A stretch of DNA of 64,000 nt, taken from Felis catus. Lineage: Eukaryota. The notes below the pieces were generated by a model. That model had not been told where the DNA came from. It did not search any database and saw only the letters and a program-made list of their open reading frames with translations. Of this stretch, positions 23,230-36,870 are shown piece after piece; position 1 is the stretch's first letter; the number at the start of each line of letters is the position of its first letter. Made by a program: the position numbers and the translations under genes. Location: assembly GCF_018350175.1 (NCBI RefSeq), contig NC_058373.1:113338001-113402000 (forward strand). Direction: 5' to 3'.

Positions 23230-26200
23230 GAAAAGGACAGAGAAGGAAATTCTGAAACAAAAGGGAGCCAGGAGTCTTCCCCTTATAAACAGGGAAAATT
23301 AAGTCTATTTTTCCTTTGTCTCTGCCCTTAAACCAGTTAATGTCGACATTGTTTGACAGACTTAAGTTTTTTGCGATGTTTATTTACAGTTTGTTTGACT
23401 TGGGATCTTTATCTTTTTTTTCTTCTTCTTCCTTGTGGTGTATTTGTGGAGGAAACTAGGTCATTTGTCTGTGTAATAATCTCTGTTTGAATTTTGCAGA
23501 TTACATCCCTGTGGTGTCCTGTGATGTGTTCTTTTGTGTTTCCTGTAAACTGATAATTGGATCTAGATCCTTGGTCAGATTCAGGCTTTTTTTTTTTTCC
23601 CCCTGGCAGTTCTGCAAAGTTGGTGGCAGTATATATACTTCCATCAGAAGTGATGTTATTCATCATTGAACATTGTGTAGAATTGATCCTTGTACTTGTT
23701 TCCGTGTGTTTTCAACAGGATAGTCTCTAACATCTCAAGGCCATCTATCCAGAACTGACCTCATCATCTCCACTCCCTTCCCCTGTGTCTTTCTCATCTT
23801 TAGAAGTAGAGCCAGAAAGCTGCAGGGCAGGCCCTTTATTTCCACACCCCCTCTAAGTATTGCTGGAATCTACTGCTTTATCTTTACAGTCCCCTTGTGG
23901 AGCTGCTCTTCTCCGGGCCAGTCCATTTCCCTCAGGCCCTCGGTACACTGGATCTGCAGTGTAGATTTTGATTTCTCACTTCCTGACCCTACTGCTTGGG
24001 TTCTGGGCCCTGCCCCCTCTTCTGCCTCCTCCTGCCTTTTCCTTCCACAATCCTCCCAGGAACCCTGGGCTCAGGGGAATTGTGAATTGTTCTCTAGGGC
24101 TGAAGGTATTGTATGCCTCTTCTGCTTGGTAAGCCTTTTCCCCTTCCCCTTTTATTCCTGGCTAATACCTTCAAGATTCAGCTATTGCCCCTGATAAGTC
24201 CTCCTGGCTCTTCCTGGGTCTGAGTCAGCACTTTCCTCTGTTCCCTTCACACACTGTGCCCGGCTGCCTCATAGTAGTAAGCACTGGACTGTCCTCTCAC
24301 CAGGCTGGGAGCTCGTTGAAATCTGTGGCCATACCTCATCTCCACATCCCCAGGACTTACTAGAGAGCCTGGCACACAGGAAGCACATAGTCCGCCTGTG
24401 CTGAAGGAAGATGGGACAAGCATCCTGGCCTTCTCCTGTAACTTCATTCAAATCATGCCCCATGGGATTTTCCCAGAGCACTGTTTCCTTTCTCTCAAAA
24501 TGATTGGCTCCTAAAAAAAAAAAAAAAAAAAAAAAAAAATGATTGGCTCCTCAGAAGCCAGCTGATCTCCTGATTTTTGAGAATGTATGACTCAGAGTAA
24601 CTGGCATATATCAAATTGTTTAACTCTTACAAGGTATTAGGCTACTAGTTGATGAATTTATTTAAGATAAATGTAAAAGTAGGTGATAACAGCCAGTTGT
24701 TGTCCCCTCTTCGAAACCTATGTTTCTTCATCAGGACCTGAGTTGCTGATGGTGACTGCTTCTTCAAGTCAGGCTGGCCTCTAGTTACTTTAGAGAGCTG
24801 TTGCATTATTTATTTCAACATCCAACATAGCACAGTTCAGAGTCCTGGAACCTAAGGGATTACTGTGGTTGGTTTAAATAATTTAGTCTTTGAATTAATT
24901 TTTTTCTTTTTAAAAAAAATTTTTTTAATGATTATTTTTGAGAGTGAGTGTGCTCAAGCGTGAGTGGGGGAGGGGCAGAGAGAGGGAAACGGATTCCAAA
25001 GCAGGCTCCAAGCTGTTAGCACAGAGCCTGACATGGTATTTGAACCCACGAACCACTGGATACTGACCTGAGCCAAAGTCAGATGCTCAACTGACTGAGA
25101 CACCCAGGCGTGCCCCTCCCTCTCTCTTAATGACCAGACTCTCTTGGTAGTGAGGGTGTATTAATATAATAGATGTGAGTAATGCTGAGATTGGGAGAAG
25201 ACAGACCAAATCTTCCTGGCTCCCTACCCCCTGCCAAGAGACCAGAATTACTGAATAGAAATAGAAGTAGAAAACTACTTCCTGTGTGACCCAAGAATTG
25301 AGTCACAGCAGGGTGTGTGGCATTGTGGTTAGGGCTTCAGAGAATTGGTGTTCCAAGATTAACTGGCTTTGCCTTTATATTCTTTTATAGGAGATGTGGA
25401 CGATTCAAGCTGTGAGTGAGAACTGGACTCTATAGGAGCCATTTCAATGAGAAATCAGTGGACCTATGTGTGTTTGCTACTTCTCACCAGAAACTGATTT
25501 TATCAAAATGACATAGTCCTATTACAAACAGGTTTTGGGAAGTCTTAGGTTACACCATCAGTTTCAAGGAAAAGGGTAGGGTGGGGAGACAAACCACAAA
25601 GGTGCTTCACCCAACTGAACTAATACGTAATCCTTAGCATGTGTAGGCTTTTCCTTGTTATCTCATTTAATACTCCTGGAAAGCACGTGAGATAGGACAA
25701 GCTCAGGAAATGAACTTGGTTGCAGATCTTGACTCTTAGGAAGTTAGGGGCTGGAGGGCAAGGATTCTTCCTTTTGCATCTACTGTGGCACTTGACTTCC
25801 TGTGGCCATCTTGTGTGCGCTATGCTTTCAGCCCAGAGTGGTCTGGAATGCAGTCTGTCTGGTTTGAGGTTCCCTGGGAACACTCACCAGGAAACCCGCC
25901 CAGGGTCTGGGGCAGGGAGCTGGACATCAGAACCGTTGTTAACTGGCAATGCTGTAGTCACTAGCCTGATGTGTTGCCCTTTAAATCCTTTCTGGAACAA
26001 GGTAGAATATCAAGAACCTAAAAAAGATCATGTATTCTGAAGAGCAGTATTTTATCCCCAGGGATTGTCACTGTCTCTTCCTGAGGTTATACAGTGGAGC
26101 AGGCTGAATTTGTTAGCATGTTGACAATGGCAGATCTCTTTTCCAGATAAGCTCAACAGTCTTGTTCTGAATGAGGGAAAATGGTTATACTGCTGTGTCT

Positions 26201-29200
26201 TGTGAAGCGGGAGGAACCCTCCTCTTCCCTCGATCCTACCTGTGCTGGAACTGGGCTGTTAGGGTGCCGTCAGCCAGCGGTCCATCTGAGAAGGCCTGAG
26301 CCGGTTCACCGTGATCTAGAGGCATGTAGAGGGCTGATGTGAGCTTGGTTCAGAGGGCATACATTACTAAGCTTATCTTCAGACAGTGATACTCGGTTTT
26401 CCTTAGGAGAGGACGGACATAGCTAGAACACCAACTAGCAAGGAAGTTACACTGGTGCTGCAAGTCATCTTGGTTACATGTCTCAAACTAAATTTTAACA
26501 TTTTTTCCCCTCCCTTCCCCTCTCAAAATTTTTTTTAATGTTTATTTTTGAGAGAGAGAGAGAGTGAGCATGAGCAGGGGAGGGGCAGAAAGAGAGGGAG
26601 ACAAGCAGACCGAAGCAGGCTCCAGCCTCTGAGCTGTCAACACAGAGCCCGACGTGGGGCTCGCGCTCATGAATGGTGAGATCATGACCTGAGCTGAAGT
26701 CGGACCCTTAACCGACTGAGCCACCCAGGTGCCCCTAAAGTTTTGAGTTCTATATTTAGATTTTTTACTCGAGAATCACATTCATGCAAAGGCATCTATT
26801 GACACCATGTTTGTATCTTTTGATCTTGAGGTTAACTCTGGTACATGTCAGATGGACATGTCTGAAATGACTGGCCTGGCCGGCTCACCTTCTGTCCTCA
26901 AGCCAATGCCACTTTCCCTGCCCTGGTCTTGGTCAGCTGTGCTCCTCACTGCCTCAGAGAACTGGGTGGGGAGGAAGGAGGTGTTGGGAGCCCTGACTGA
27001 AGCAGCCTCCTCAGACTCAGAAGATGTGAACTACAGCAAATACGTGTTCTCTGCGTGGTAGGATTTCTTGCCCTAATGCACTCAACTTGATACTGAGTCT
27101 AAGAAGAGCAGATTTTTACAGGCCTCCAGGACACGTGATTCTGGAGGTTGTATAACCTCTGGCAGTTAAATGGCACTAAATAAAAAATGAGTTTACCTTA
27201 AATAAGTCTCTTCGAAGGTTATTACCCAAATCACATTTAAGAGGTAACAGAAATTCTTACGTCAAGTGGCCTGAAGTAACTGGCCTTCTTTTCCTAATGT
27301 AGACTTCAGGCAACACTACAACTGTTTTCAATAAGCTGATTCTCTAGTACCCTTTTAAGGTTCTAAGGATCAGCAGTTACATCCCTTTATAATGCCAGGA
27401 CTTCCCTTTGTGTGGGGCTAAATCTGTCACATATGATATTTGAGTCTATAGCTTTAAAGCCACCAGTATTGGTATCCTCCCAGCATTAAATGAGATCTCT
27501 GAGTCTTTGTATTTCTCCACATTTCACTGACTTGTTATTCCTGACAAGTCATAATAAACATGCCATCCTATTCAGGGACAGTTTGAAAAACGGCACAGTA
27601 ATAGGTCCTTAGCTTTTCTCAAACTCTGTTGTTCTGCCAGTGGGCTACCTGTGGTGCAGTAGACTCTCCCGGGTGTTAGCCCCCTTTTGAACCCATTTCT
27701 CTTGACTTGCTGGGAGCTTGGAAGGTCAGAGCTCCTTGTGAGTAGAAGTCAGCAGTGGCAGGGGGCGCCTGGGTGGCTCGGTCAGTTGAGCATCCGACTC
27801 CAGCTCAGGTCATGATCTCGCAGCTCGTGAGTTCAAGCCCTGCGTCGGGCTCTGTGCTGACAGCTCAGAGCCTGGAGCCTGCTTCGGATTCTGTGTCTCT
27901 CTCTCCCTCTGCCCCAACCCACTCACATTCCGCCTCTGTCTCTCTCAAAAATAAACAAACATTAAAAAAAAAGAAAAAAGTCAGCAGTGGCAGAATGGGG
28001 AACCTTCATGCTGTTGAAATGTTACCTTCGTGCTAACGTTGTCTTCTGTGAACCTCTGAGCAAAGGGTAATCAGGCTTGTCCTGCACAGAACTATTAATT
28101 TTGCTGGATTTCTTCCTCTGAAGTGTGTGGATGACAGCAACAGGAGGACGTGAGGATTAGCAGCTACCGGTAGTGCATCTAGCATGGTGTGGTGTATGGA
28201 GACAATTTTGTTCCTTTCCTCCTTTCCTGTCACTGTCTTCCTTCAGGGATTCCTTAGTGATCAGGGCTCTGAGACAGAAGTGCTGTCCACAGATACTGCT
28301 AAGGGCTGTTTTGATTTCTTCCCCACCAGTTGGTTACATCATTCTGTTGATGCACTTGTGTTCTCGTTCCACTCTGATGGAGCCTAGAGAGGTTTATCAA
28401 GGCCAAAGGTAACATTTGGGCTTAAAAGATCAGAGTAGTATTCGGTGTATTTTTATTATCAGCACTGGAGAAGCAGTGAGCCTGTGCCAGTATCTACAGG
28501 TTTGCTTCCCCACTGCAAGTGAAAAATGAGAGCCCTTTCAAGTTGGTTCTAAATCTGTTTATCACGAGAGCTTTTTTGAAGTCTTAGGTTTATTCTGTCC
28601 TACAATGCCTTCTTAGAAGGAAGTGTAGCAATGAAACCTGATGTCTCATCTGATGAAGACTTGCAGATGAGTTGACCTGAAGCACAAACAGTCCGACAAA
28701 GGGACAGCTGCCTCAAGCATGACAGGCAGATGCTCTTTCTATTTGCTCTTCACTAGGACTCTAAAGTTCTCTAAAATTTAGTGAGACCACTCTTTTGTGC
28801 CTTTTGAACAGGAAGAATTTGCCATAGCACTCAGATAAAGTAATAGCTTCATCTGTTCATCCTGTTCTTATAAAAAATTAACCTCCCTTCAGCCTCCCCA
28901 CTCCTCAAAAATGCTGGCCCTTGGGTTACAATTCATGTTCTCTTCAGCCTCCTTTGCATTACTGTTCCAATATGCGAACTTCTCATTTCTGTTAAATTGC
29001 TCTACTGTTTTCAAACCTGGCTTGTGCATTTCTTCTTTCAGAATCTTGTTCACTGTTTAGAAACCAATCCTGGACTCTTGTCCACTAGTCCTTTGCTCCA
29101 ATGCTATCAGTATAGCAGGCATTAGAGGAGAAAGGCCCCGAGAGACTATATCAGGATGGCATAGTATATTTGCTGATTCGGCTCTATAATGAAATAGGAT

Positions 29201-30469
29201 AGTTAGGATTGCCAATTGTAAGGATCACATAAGCTTTAGCATTTTGAGGTTTTTTTGTTTTTTTTTTTTTTTAAGTTTATTTATTTTTGAGAGCAAGAGC
29301 ACGAGCCAGGAAGGGGCAGAGTGAGAGGGAGACACAGAATCCAAAGCAGGCTCCCAGCTCCACACGGTCAGCATAGAGCCTGACGTGGCGCTTGAACTCA
29401 CAAACTGTGAGATCCTGACCTGAGCCAAAGTTGGATGCTCAACCGACTGAGCCACCGAGGCTCCCCAAGAATCTTGAATTCTTAATCACTTAAAAGTTAT
29501 GGCAGCAGAATTTAAAGGTACTACTTGCAGCAGAGATTGCTAGCTGTCCATCAAAATCCTTTCTCCTCTTCTGGACAGAAGTTAGATCTGATTTGCTGAC
29601 CAGTACCATGTGAGCAGGTATGATGTACCACTTGTGGGCCAAGGCCTTTAAAAGTAGATGCTTGCCTTCTCAGGGCTTTCTTCCTCTCTTGCTGCCTTGA
29701 TCCTGGGGAGCCCCAACCTCAGCCACACAAATGGCAAAGCCCTAATTATGGCAGAGCCACAAGCCAGGAGCTTGGTCTCTGAATCGTTGCACGAAGGAAA
29801 GCCTCCTGCTGACCTACAATATCCACCCTGGATGTTAAAGGAACAAGAAACCAATTTACTGTGTTTGAGCCATTGTTTGGGGGAAGGTTAGTTACAGCAG
29901 TTAAGCCTACTCCAACAACCTTATTTAATAGTATGGGGGTGCATTGGTGGCTTAGTTGAGTGTCTGACTCCGTCTCAGCTCAGGTCTTGATCTCAGGGTC
30001 GTGAGTTCAAGCCCCACATTGGGCTCCACACTGGGCAGAAGCCTACTTAAAAACAAAAAGTATGAATTATGCTTATGCACAAAGGTCAAGCAAAGATGGA
30101 GTAGTCAAGCCTGGGAAGTGGGGTAGGGACTTTCACCATTAGACACTTCCCTTATAAATTTTGTAAAAATTTTCTATTACCAGTAAGGAAAGAAAACAAT
30201 GAAAACAGCAACACAGTGCTGGTACAAATTTTACTTGATGTGGGAATAGTTCCTTGACCCCTGTCCCCCCCAAGTCCCTGCTGAATTTCCTTTCATTCCC
30301 TTAACAGTCCTTGTCCTTAGTCCTTGCCTGGCACTTTTGGAACATAAAGAGCAGAAATGGGAGTACTATAGGGTAGGCAACTCAGGCAGGGCCTTTCAGG
30401 ATATTAATCACTTCAGGGGGTCTGGTCCTCAGGTTTGTGGACCCAGGAATAGGAGAGTTCGTTTTGCTT

Positions 30470-31010
30470 AAATTTTATTATTGAAGTATAGTGACACACA
30501 ATATTAATTTCAGGTACACAACATAGTGATTTGACAATTCTGTATATCCACTGTACATCCGTGATAAGCATAGTTCCCACTGGGCAGCAAACATTATTGT
30601 ATTATTGACTGTTTTCCCTATGCTGTACTTTTAATCTCTATGGCTTATTTTATAACGAAGTTTGTACCCCTTATTTCCCTTCACCTACTTTGTTCATCCC
30701 TCCACCCCCTCCCTCTGGCAACTATCAGTTTGTTCTCTATTTGAGTCTGCTTCTGTGTTTTAGATTCCATACACAAGTGAAGTCATATGGTATGATCTTT
30801 CTGACATTTCATTTAGCATAATGCTCATTAAGTCTGTCCATGTTGTTGCAAAGGGCAAGGTTTCATTTTTTTATGGCTAGCATGTCATTGTATGTGTATA
30901 TATATGCACCTCATCTTTACCCATTCATCTGTGAATGGACACTTAGGTTGTCTTGGCTATTGTAAAAATGCCGTGGTGAACATAGGAGTGCATGTATCTT
31001 TTCAAATTGG
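30470..31010 (-). mobile_element. L1 3' fragment (L1MA/carnivore type)
   Basis: ttgaagtatag...tagattccatacacaagtga...cattcatctgtgaatggacacttaggttg. Confidence 0.85.
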
Positions 31011-32769
31011 TTAGGAACAGAAATCTAGATATGTGTGGAGTTTATCAGGCTTTCCAACCCAGAGACTCCTGTTAACCATGATGTATAAACCAAAATGCCC
31101 AATCAAAATTATGATGAGCAACAGTCCCTCCAGTATCCACTGTTAGGAGGCCCTCTTGCTGGTATGAGGGCAACAGGGAAACTAAGTGAATAACCAGAGC
31201 AGGCTGTTTGGTGAGTAAGGAAGGAGAACAAATGGGAGTTGGATAATCTTAGAAGAACCCACTCTTTGGGCTGTGAATTAATCTGGTGATCCGCATCATG
31301 GAGTTGCATACTTAATAAGCAAAATTCTTTTATGAAATTGAGTCTGTCTTCCTTGGAGAGTATTCTTTAAGACTGCCAAATTCTCTTAAGGTTCCGCTAT
31401 AGGCTTTCTGCAGCTTCTTTCTGCTAAGTCAGTAACAATGAGCTGAGTTCTGTATTGTCATACTTATGAGTCTACAAGTTTCATGACTGGACTTGTATGT
31501 TCCCCAAGTTGTCACTTATCCACTGGGTTGATTCCTATGTATTTATTTGTCCTGTGAATAGTGAGTTAAAGTAGTCTTCAAAAGTTGGTTAATATTAATA
31601 TTATTTAGATAGTAAACCTTTTCTAATTGTATACCTAATATTATAAAACACCAGACATGCCCTGATGTCTTATACCTACTAAGAACTTAAATCCTAGAAG
31701 TGGCAGAGGGGGTGCAGATATAAACACGGATATAGCAAGTATAGGCACGGACATTCAAAATCTGTCCAGCCCAAGACTGTTGCCAATAGCAAGACTTGAT
31801 ACTGACTTAAAAGTTAGTCAAAGCTTCTATTAAATCTAAACTGTGTTCCTATACTGAGATCTTATAAAGTGCTTATCCCTTACGGCTTTTTCTTTTTAAA
31901 AGATTTTTATAGATGTTTTATATGGTCATATTTTTTATCTTGTGTCCCAATGGCTTTGGCTTATCATATTCTTCTGCCTTTAGTATTTTCTCTTTAAGTT
32001 TTCCAGATTTTCTCTGGGTGTTTTTATAGGATTAAAGAGCAATGAACAAAAGATACATACAGAATTCTGCAGCTGTAGGTGTATCATAATTTTGGAAATA
32101 GGATAAAGTTTTCTATTTTGCTTCCAATATCCCTTTTAGTAGTGATCCTCTGGTTGGCCTTATGTTACAGGCTGTTGGTTCTCAAATTTTTACATTTTCT
32201 CAGTTGTTTGCTTTGAATAGAGAATGGGCTCAAAAAGTAAAGCTCAAAACTGTACAGTTTAAATTCAAGATGGGTCCGCGCTGGTGTAATCCAAATCTTT
32301 AACACACATCTCTTCCAGAATTACTATCCTGTGACCATTTCCCCTTCACCGCCCTTACCTAGTCTCCAGTTTGAGAAGCAGGGCCTTAAGAATACAATCT
32401 ATGGTAACATTATGTTCTCTGATAGTTCAGATCTGTTCATGATAGAGTTGGATTACTTAGTCCTAAGCCTTTATGGCATCCAACCAGTTTATTAAGTGGT
32501 TACATGGCAAGACTGGTACTTACCATAAGGTAAAAATTAACATATGACTGGTGTCATAATTCTTTGGAAAATGTGGAATCTAAGAGCAAAAATATTATAG
32601 TATATTGTCAGAATATATCATTATTTCAAAATGAAAAAAAATTTTTTTTAAGGATTTTATTTTTAATCTCTGCACCCAACGTGGGGCTCAAACCCACAAC
32701 TCCGAGATCAAGACTGGCATGCCCCTCTGACTGAGCCAGCCAGGTGCTCTCCCCCCCCAAAACATTTTT

Positions 32770-33185
32770 AAGATAAGTCTGTGCTTTTATTGGTCAAAGA
32801 GGCTACTTGAGGGGGATTAAGCCGGAGGAGTGGGTGGCCCCGATGCTGGGGCCCCACGTTCATGGGCTTGTAGGTAGGGGAGAACTCCCACAGGTGGTGG
32901 CTGATCGTCTTGGGCTTGATATCCACCTGGGGGAAGGCCTTGCTGTTGTAGATGCCCGCCATCTTGCGTGGGACGTTGCTATCCAGCAGGTGTGTGTATT
33001 CACCATCTCTGGCTTGTCTGTGGGCGGTGCCTCCTGGTTGTCTCTGCAGGCACACTAGGAGCAAATGCTGCTTCCACTGCTGTCACTGAGTCAGCTGCTC
33101 AGAGGATGTGTCCAGCAGCTGGTCTAGGTGTATGCTGTAGTGGTAAACCTGTGAGAGGTTTGCTGCTCCTCCATTTCCACCAACC
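32770..33185 (-). pseudogene. RPS15: Processed pseudogene of 40S ribosomal protein S15, antisense in ARG2 intron 2
   Basis: Intronless remnants LDQLLD, KQHLLL, THL, AGIYNSKAFPQVDIKPKTISHHLWEFSPTYKP, IGATHSSGLIPLK*; frameshifts and a deletion; AATAAA 32791-32786 just after the stop (32805-32803). Confidence 0.92.
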
Positions 33186-33459
33186 TGTGTTTTTTACAAA
33201 AGGTCTCACTAATGTTTTTAACATTTGTTTTTTGAGAGTGTGCAAGCAGGGGAGGGACAGAGAGGTGAGCAGAGGATCTGAAGCAGGGTCCCCACTGACA
33301 GGCTGACAGCAGCGAGCTCGATGTGGGGCTTGAACTCATGAACTGTGAGATCATGACCTGAGTCAAAGTCAGACACTCAACCGATTGAGCCACCCAGGTG
33401 CTCAGTTCTTAAAGAGAAGGGATCAAAAGGGATTCTTTGGGAAACCGTGTAGTCAAGAA

Positions 33460-34000
33460 TATATGTTTTAGGGGTAGGTGGCCTGAATTTGGGTCCTGCT
33501 TCTGCCACTTAGCAGCTCTGTGATTTTGGGACCTTCCATTTTTTCATCTATAGAACAGCATGATTTTAGTGGTCTAATAGGACAGTTATGAGTTTAAGAA
33601 TTTTTGTCAAGCAATTAAAACGTTGCCTAGGATCTTGGTAACAAAGACCTTTCTCTTACTTTTAGGATGCTTTAGGTCCTCAGATTGGCCTTTTATTAAA
33701 AAAAAAAAAAGTTTATAATATGAAAATTACTATGTATGTATTTTTGCTCTAAATTAATAGTACTTAATTTTCTTTAAATTCTATTGGTTCATATTGGTAT
33801 TTTACTTTCACTTTATAACTCCGGGATATGAGGTTTAATTGCTACTAATTTTGTGGTTGTTAGGGTAAGTCAGTGAACATTTCTGGGCTTCATTTTCCAT
33901 AACCCAGCTTTTTTTGTCTGCAAAATGGTGTTCCTAATAGGATCTACCCCACAGGATTGCTGGGAGGACTGAGATAATCATGTGACAGTCCTGCCACAGT
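33460..34000. mobile_element. MIR fragments (others at ~9510-9650, ~48400-48570, ~60570-60750, ~63800-63940)
   Basis: MIR core ctgccacttagcagctctgtgattttggg...ttttcatcta. Confidence 0.6.
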
Positions 34001-34138
34001 CATGTGACATTTTGAGTTTTACTGTGGCAAAATGAGTGTCATGTGTGCACTTTGTCACAAGTTCTTATTTGTGGCCCAGGCCAGTAAAAGTTGGAATAAC
34101 GTATACAATTAATCTTGTCATCCCCAATTTGTTCCCAG

Positions 34139-34316
34139 GCTGCCGCCTGAAAGATTTTGGAGATTTGAGTTTTACTCCAGTCCCTAAAGATGATCTCTAC
34201 AACAACCTGATTGTGAATCCTCGCTCAGTGGGCCTTGCCAACCAGGAATTGGCTGAGGTGGTTAGTAGAGCTGTGTCAGGTGGCTACAGCTGTGTCACAG
34301 TGGGAGGAGATCACAG
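34139..34316 (+). CDS. ARG2: ARG2 exon 3
   Basis: acceptor ttcccag|; CRLKDFGDLSF...VTVGGDH(S); donor |gtaagc. Confidence 0.97.
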
Positions 34317-36710
34317 GTAAGCTGGGATCCAGGGGTGGTGGAGGAGCTGGATAGTATGGTGTTTGTGGTCTAATGAGTTAGCTTGTCTACTTCCTCACTT
34401 AAAAGTAAAATACCCTTCAGAATTTTGAAGGTATGACGTGCATAATAGTATCTTAAGATCTACGATCCTGAGTTGCTGGAGGCACCTATGGCTTTCATTG
34501 TAGGACACACTGTGTAGTATGAGGACAAGTTCAGAGATAGACAATCAAAGTTTTTAGAAACATGCTTCTCTCTTGAACTGTCTTATGACTTTCATTTGGC
34601 TATTGGAGAGAATTGGAAGGATACATTAGTAGGCTGAATTGTTTTAAGCAGTTTTGCAAATATGTTCAGGTTCTCCACTTGCCATGTGAGTATGTTCTCT
34701 AGCTTCACAGTATGGACTCTAGGATCCTTCTCTTAGTGAATCAGCATGTACTTTATTGAGCACTGCTTGATGTCTTCTCAAGTAGTGCTAGGGACTGTGG
34801 GAATTGTGATTTATTAAGACTAGATGAAATAAAATAAACATGGGACTAAAAAAAATATTGAATTATACAGAATTTGAGAGAAAGAAGAGATCCTTCTGGG
34901 CCAGAGCAGTCCTATTTGAGCTAAGTAATGAAGGTTTTTCGCAGAAAGAAAAAAAGGCATTAAAGTACTATGAGTACTGAGCACTTCATATAGATCTCAA
35001 GATTAATCTTCATGATAACGCCATGAAGCAGATACAGTTTTACTTAATCTGTTAGGAACGCTGAGGGACAGAGGTCAGATAATTTATCCAACTTCTAGAG
35101 CCAGGAAGTAGCAGAGGTGAGATTCAAATTCAGAGGGCAAATTCTGAAGGCAATTAGCTTTTCTTTTGAGAGTCAATCTAGCAACTTCCCCTGAGGTGCA
35201 CACAGAGCTTTTCAGATCTCATAACAGAAGTTGAATCTTTGTTACAACTGGAAATGCAGGTAGATCTCATTAGGAATAAAATCTCAGGTAGAATAAGACA
35301 GTAGCTAGGTTTTCTACAGTGATCCAGTTAAATCAACCAGAGGGTGGGCCTTCTTCCTTTTAGTTCAGTGTTATCTCTTGAAGCTCATTTATATTGACTT
35401 TCTTTTGGTTGTCTATTTGGGAACTGCTTATCAAGGTGATCATCATAATGTTTGGCTTTTCTTTTTTCTGTAGTTATCTACATTGCAGCCCTTTTCACTG
35501 TTCCTGATTTTTCTGTTCAGTGCTAAAACTAAGGCTATCTGGAAGATCCTAGAAAGGAAGGGAGGAGTGTACATATTGAACAGCTACTGAACATTTTAAA
35601 GGAAGGAGGCATCTTTAGGTCACCCTGTTCGATTTACACAATATGATATAAACTATGGTCTTAGACATCAAACTATCTCTGACTTAAGCCAAGATTATTA
35701 TCCCTTTCAGAAAAGGAAACTGTCTAGAAAAACTAGATAACCTGTGCTAGATCACAGCTTTCTGGAAAACAAACAAACAGTAAAGTCCACCACTTTTCAC
35801 ACTAGACCATGCTATCCCACAAAAAGTCCCTTTGTGGGGCATGGAGCTTAAAATGTTGTCTCATGCTATACTGACCAAGAAGGATAGCTGTACTTAGTTC
35901 CTAAAATGCATAAGCTGCACTTCCCATCTATGTCAAATTCTTTGGTTACTGGGAAGCTGGGCAGCTTTCCAACCACGATTCCATCAGCTGTATTCTTACA
36001 ATGGAGACAGGACAGTTAGCCCAGTACACAGAGTCCCAGGACAAGGAAAGGCAAAAAACACTGATACTTGAATGTCATGCTAATAGACAGAAGATAACAT
36101 GCAAATAAATGTTTATTTAGTGATCTGATAAATGAGATCTTTAATTGGGTTCCCCTGTTACTTTAATGTCTTTAGCAATTTTGACTTTTCCTTTGAGGAA
36201 GTAGCACACAATCTTTCTACAAAGCTATAATGCTAATTTTTATCCTTAAAAAGTTAATAGAACTGTTCTTTTTTTTCTTTAAATAACTGATTCTTTGAAA
36301 GTAATAATTAGATCTCCCTGGTCTTCCTTAAGTATTAAGAAATATTTGTGAGTTGTTACATATAGAACATACCACTTAACTGGATTTCATTCATTGAACA
36401 AATATGTAAGGTCCTTTTCTGGGCCAGGACTAATATCAAATTTTAGGGAAAGCAATGACCTCTGTCAAACTAGAATGATAAGCAGTCAACAAATTTTGAA
36501 TCTTTGGAACCTTCCACTTCTCCTTAACTCACTCAAGGTTAATCTTTGGGAACTACAGGCCGAGGACTGTTGGTCATCCAAATCCAGCCGCAGTCTGGGG
36601 CCCTGACTTTGCCCTGAGGACAAAGTATGAACTGCACTGACATGAGGATATTTGTTACTGGTGATGTTTGCCAAGCAGAGGGCCTCGATTATCATGTTTG
36701 TTTCTTGTAG

Positions 36711-36870
36711 CCTGGCAATTGGTACCATTAGTGGCCACGCCCGACATTGCCCAGACCTTTGTGTGATCTGGGTTGATGCCCATGCTGACATCAATACACC
36801 CCTCACCACTTCATCTGGAAATCTCCATGGACAGCCAGTTTCATTTCTCCTCAGAGAACTACAGGACAAG
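36711..36870 (+). CDS. ARG2: ARG2 exon 4
   Basis: acceptor tttcttgtag|; [53 protein letters not shown]; donor |gtcagt. Confidence 0.97.

Larger units (their letters stand above)
22280..23332. mobile_element. Solo ERV1-class LTR containing an (AAT)n tract and two young CanSINEs
   Basis: TG start, ...ccttaaa end, 4-bp TSD CCAG (22276-22279, 23333-23336). Confidence 0.6.
22020..23660 (-). mobile_element. Ancient L1 (L1ME/MD-like) split by a solo LTR
   Basis: L1 3'-type text on both sides of the LTR at 22280-23332. Confidence 0.55.
12778..33403. repeat. CanSINEs in ARG2 intron 2 (approx. 12778-13555 - x3, 16800-17037 -, 17199-17865 +/-/+, 18385-18598 -, 19753-20410 +/+/-, 24900-25115 -, 26528-26736 -, 27772-27980 +, 29250-29467 -, 29935-30060 +, 32640-32750 -, 33215-33403 -)
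   Basis: Same consensus; e.g. TSD agtcagcagtggcag flanks the 27772 copy. Confidence 0.9.

Noticed and set aside
32807..33306. + strand ORFs of 83 and 112 aa
   Set aside because: Antisense shadows of the RPS15 pseudogene and the adjacent SINE
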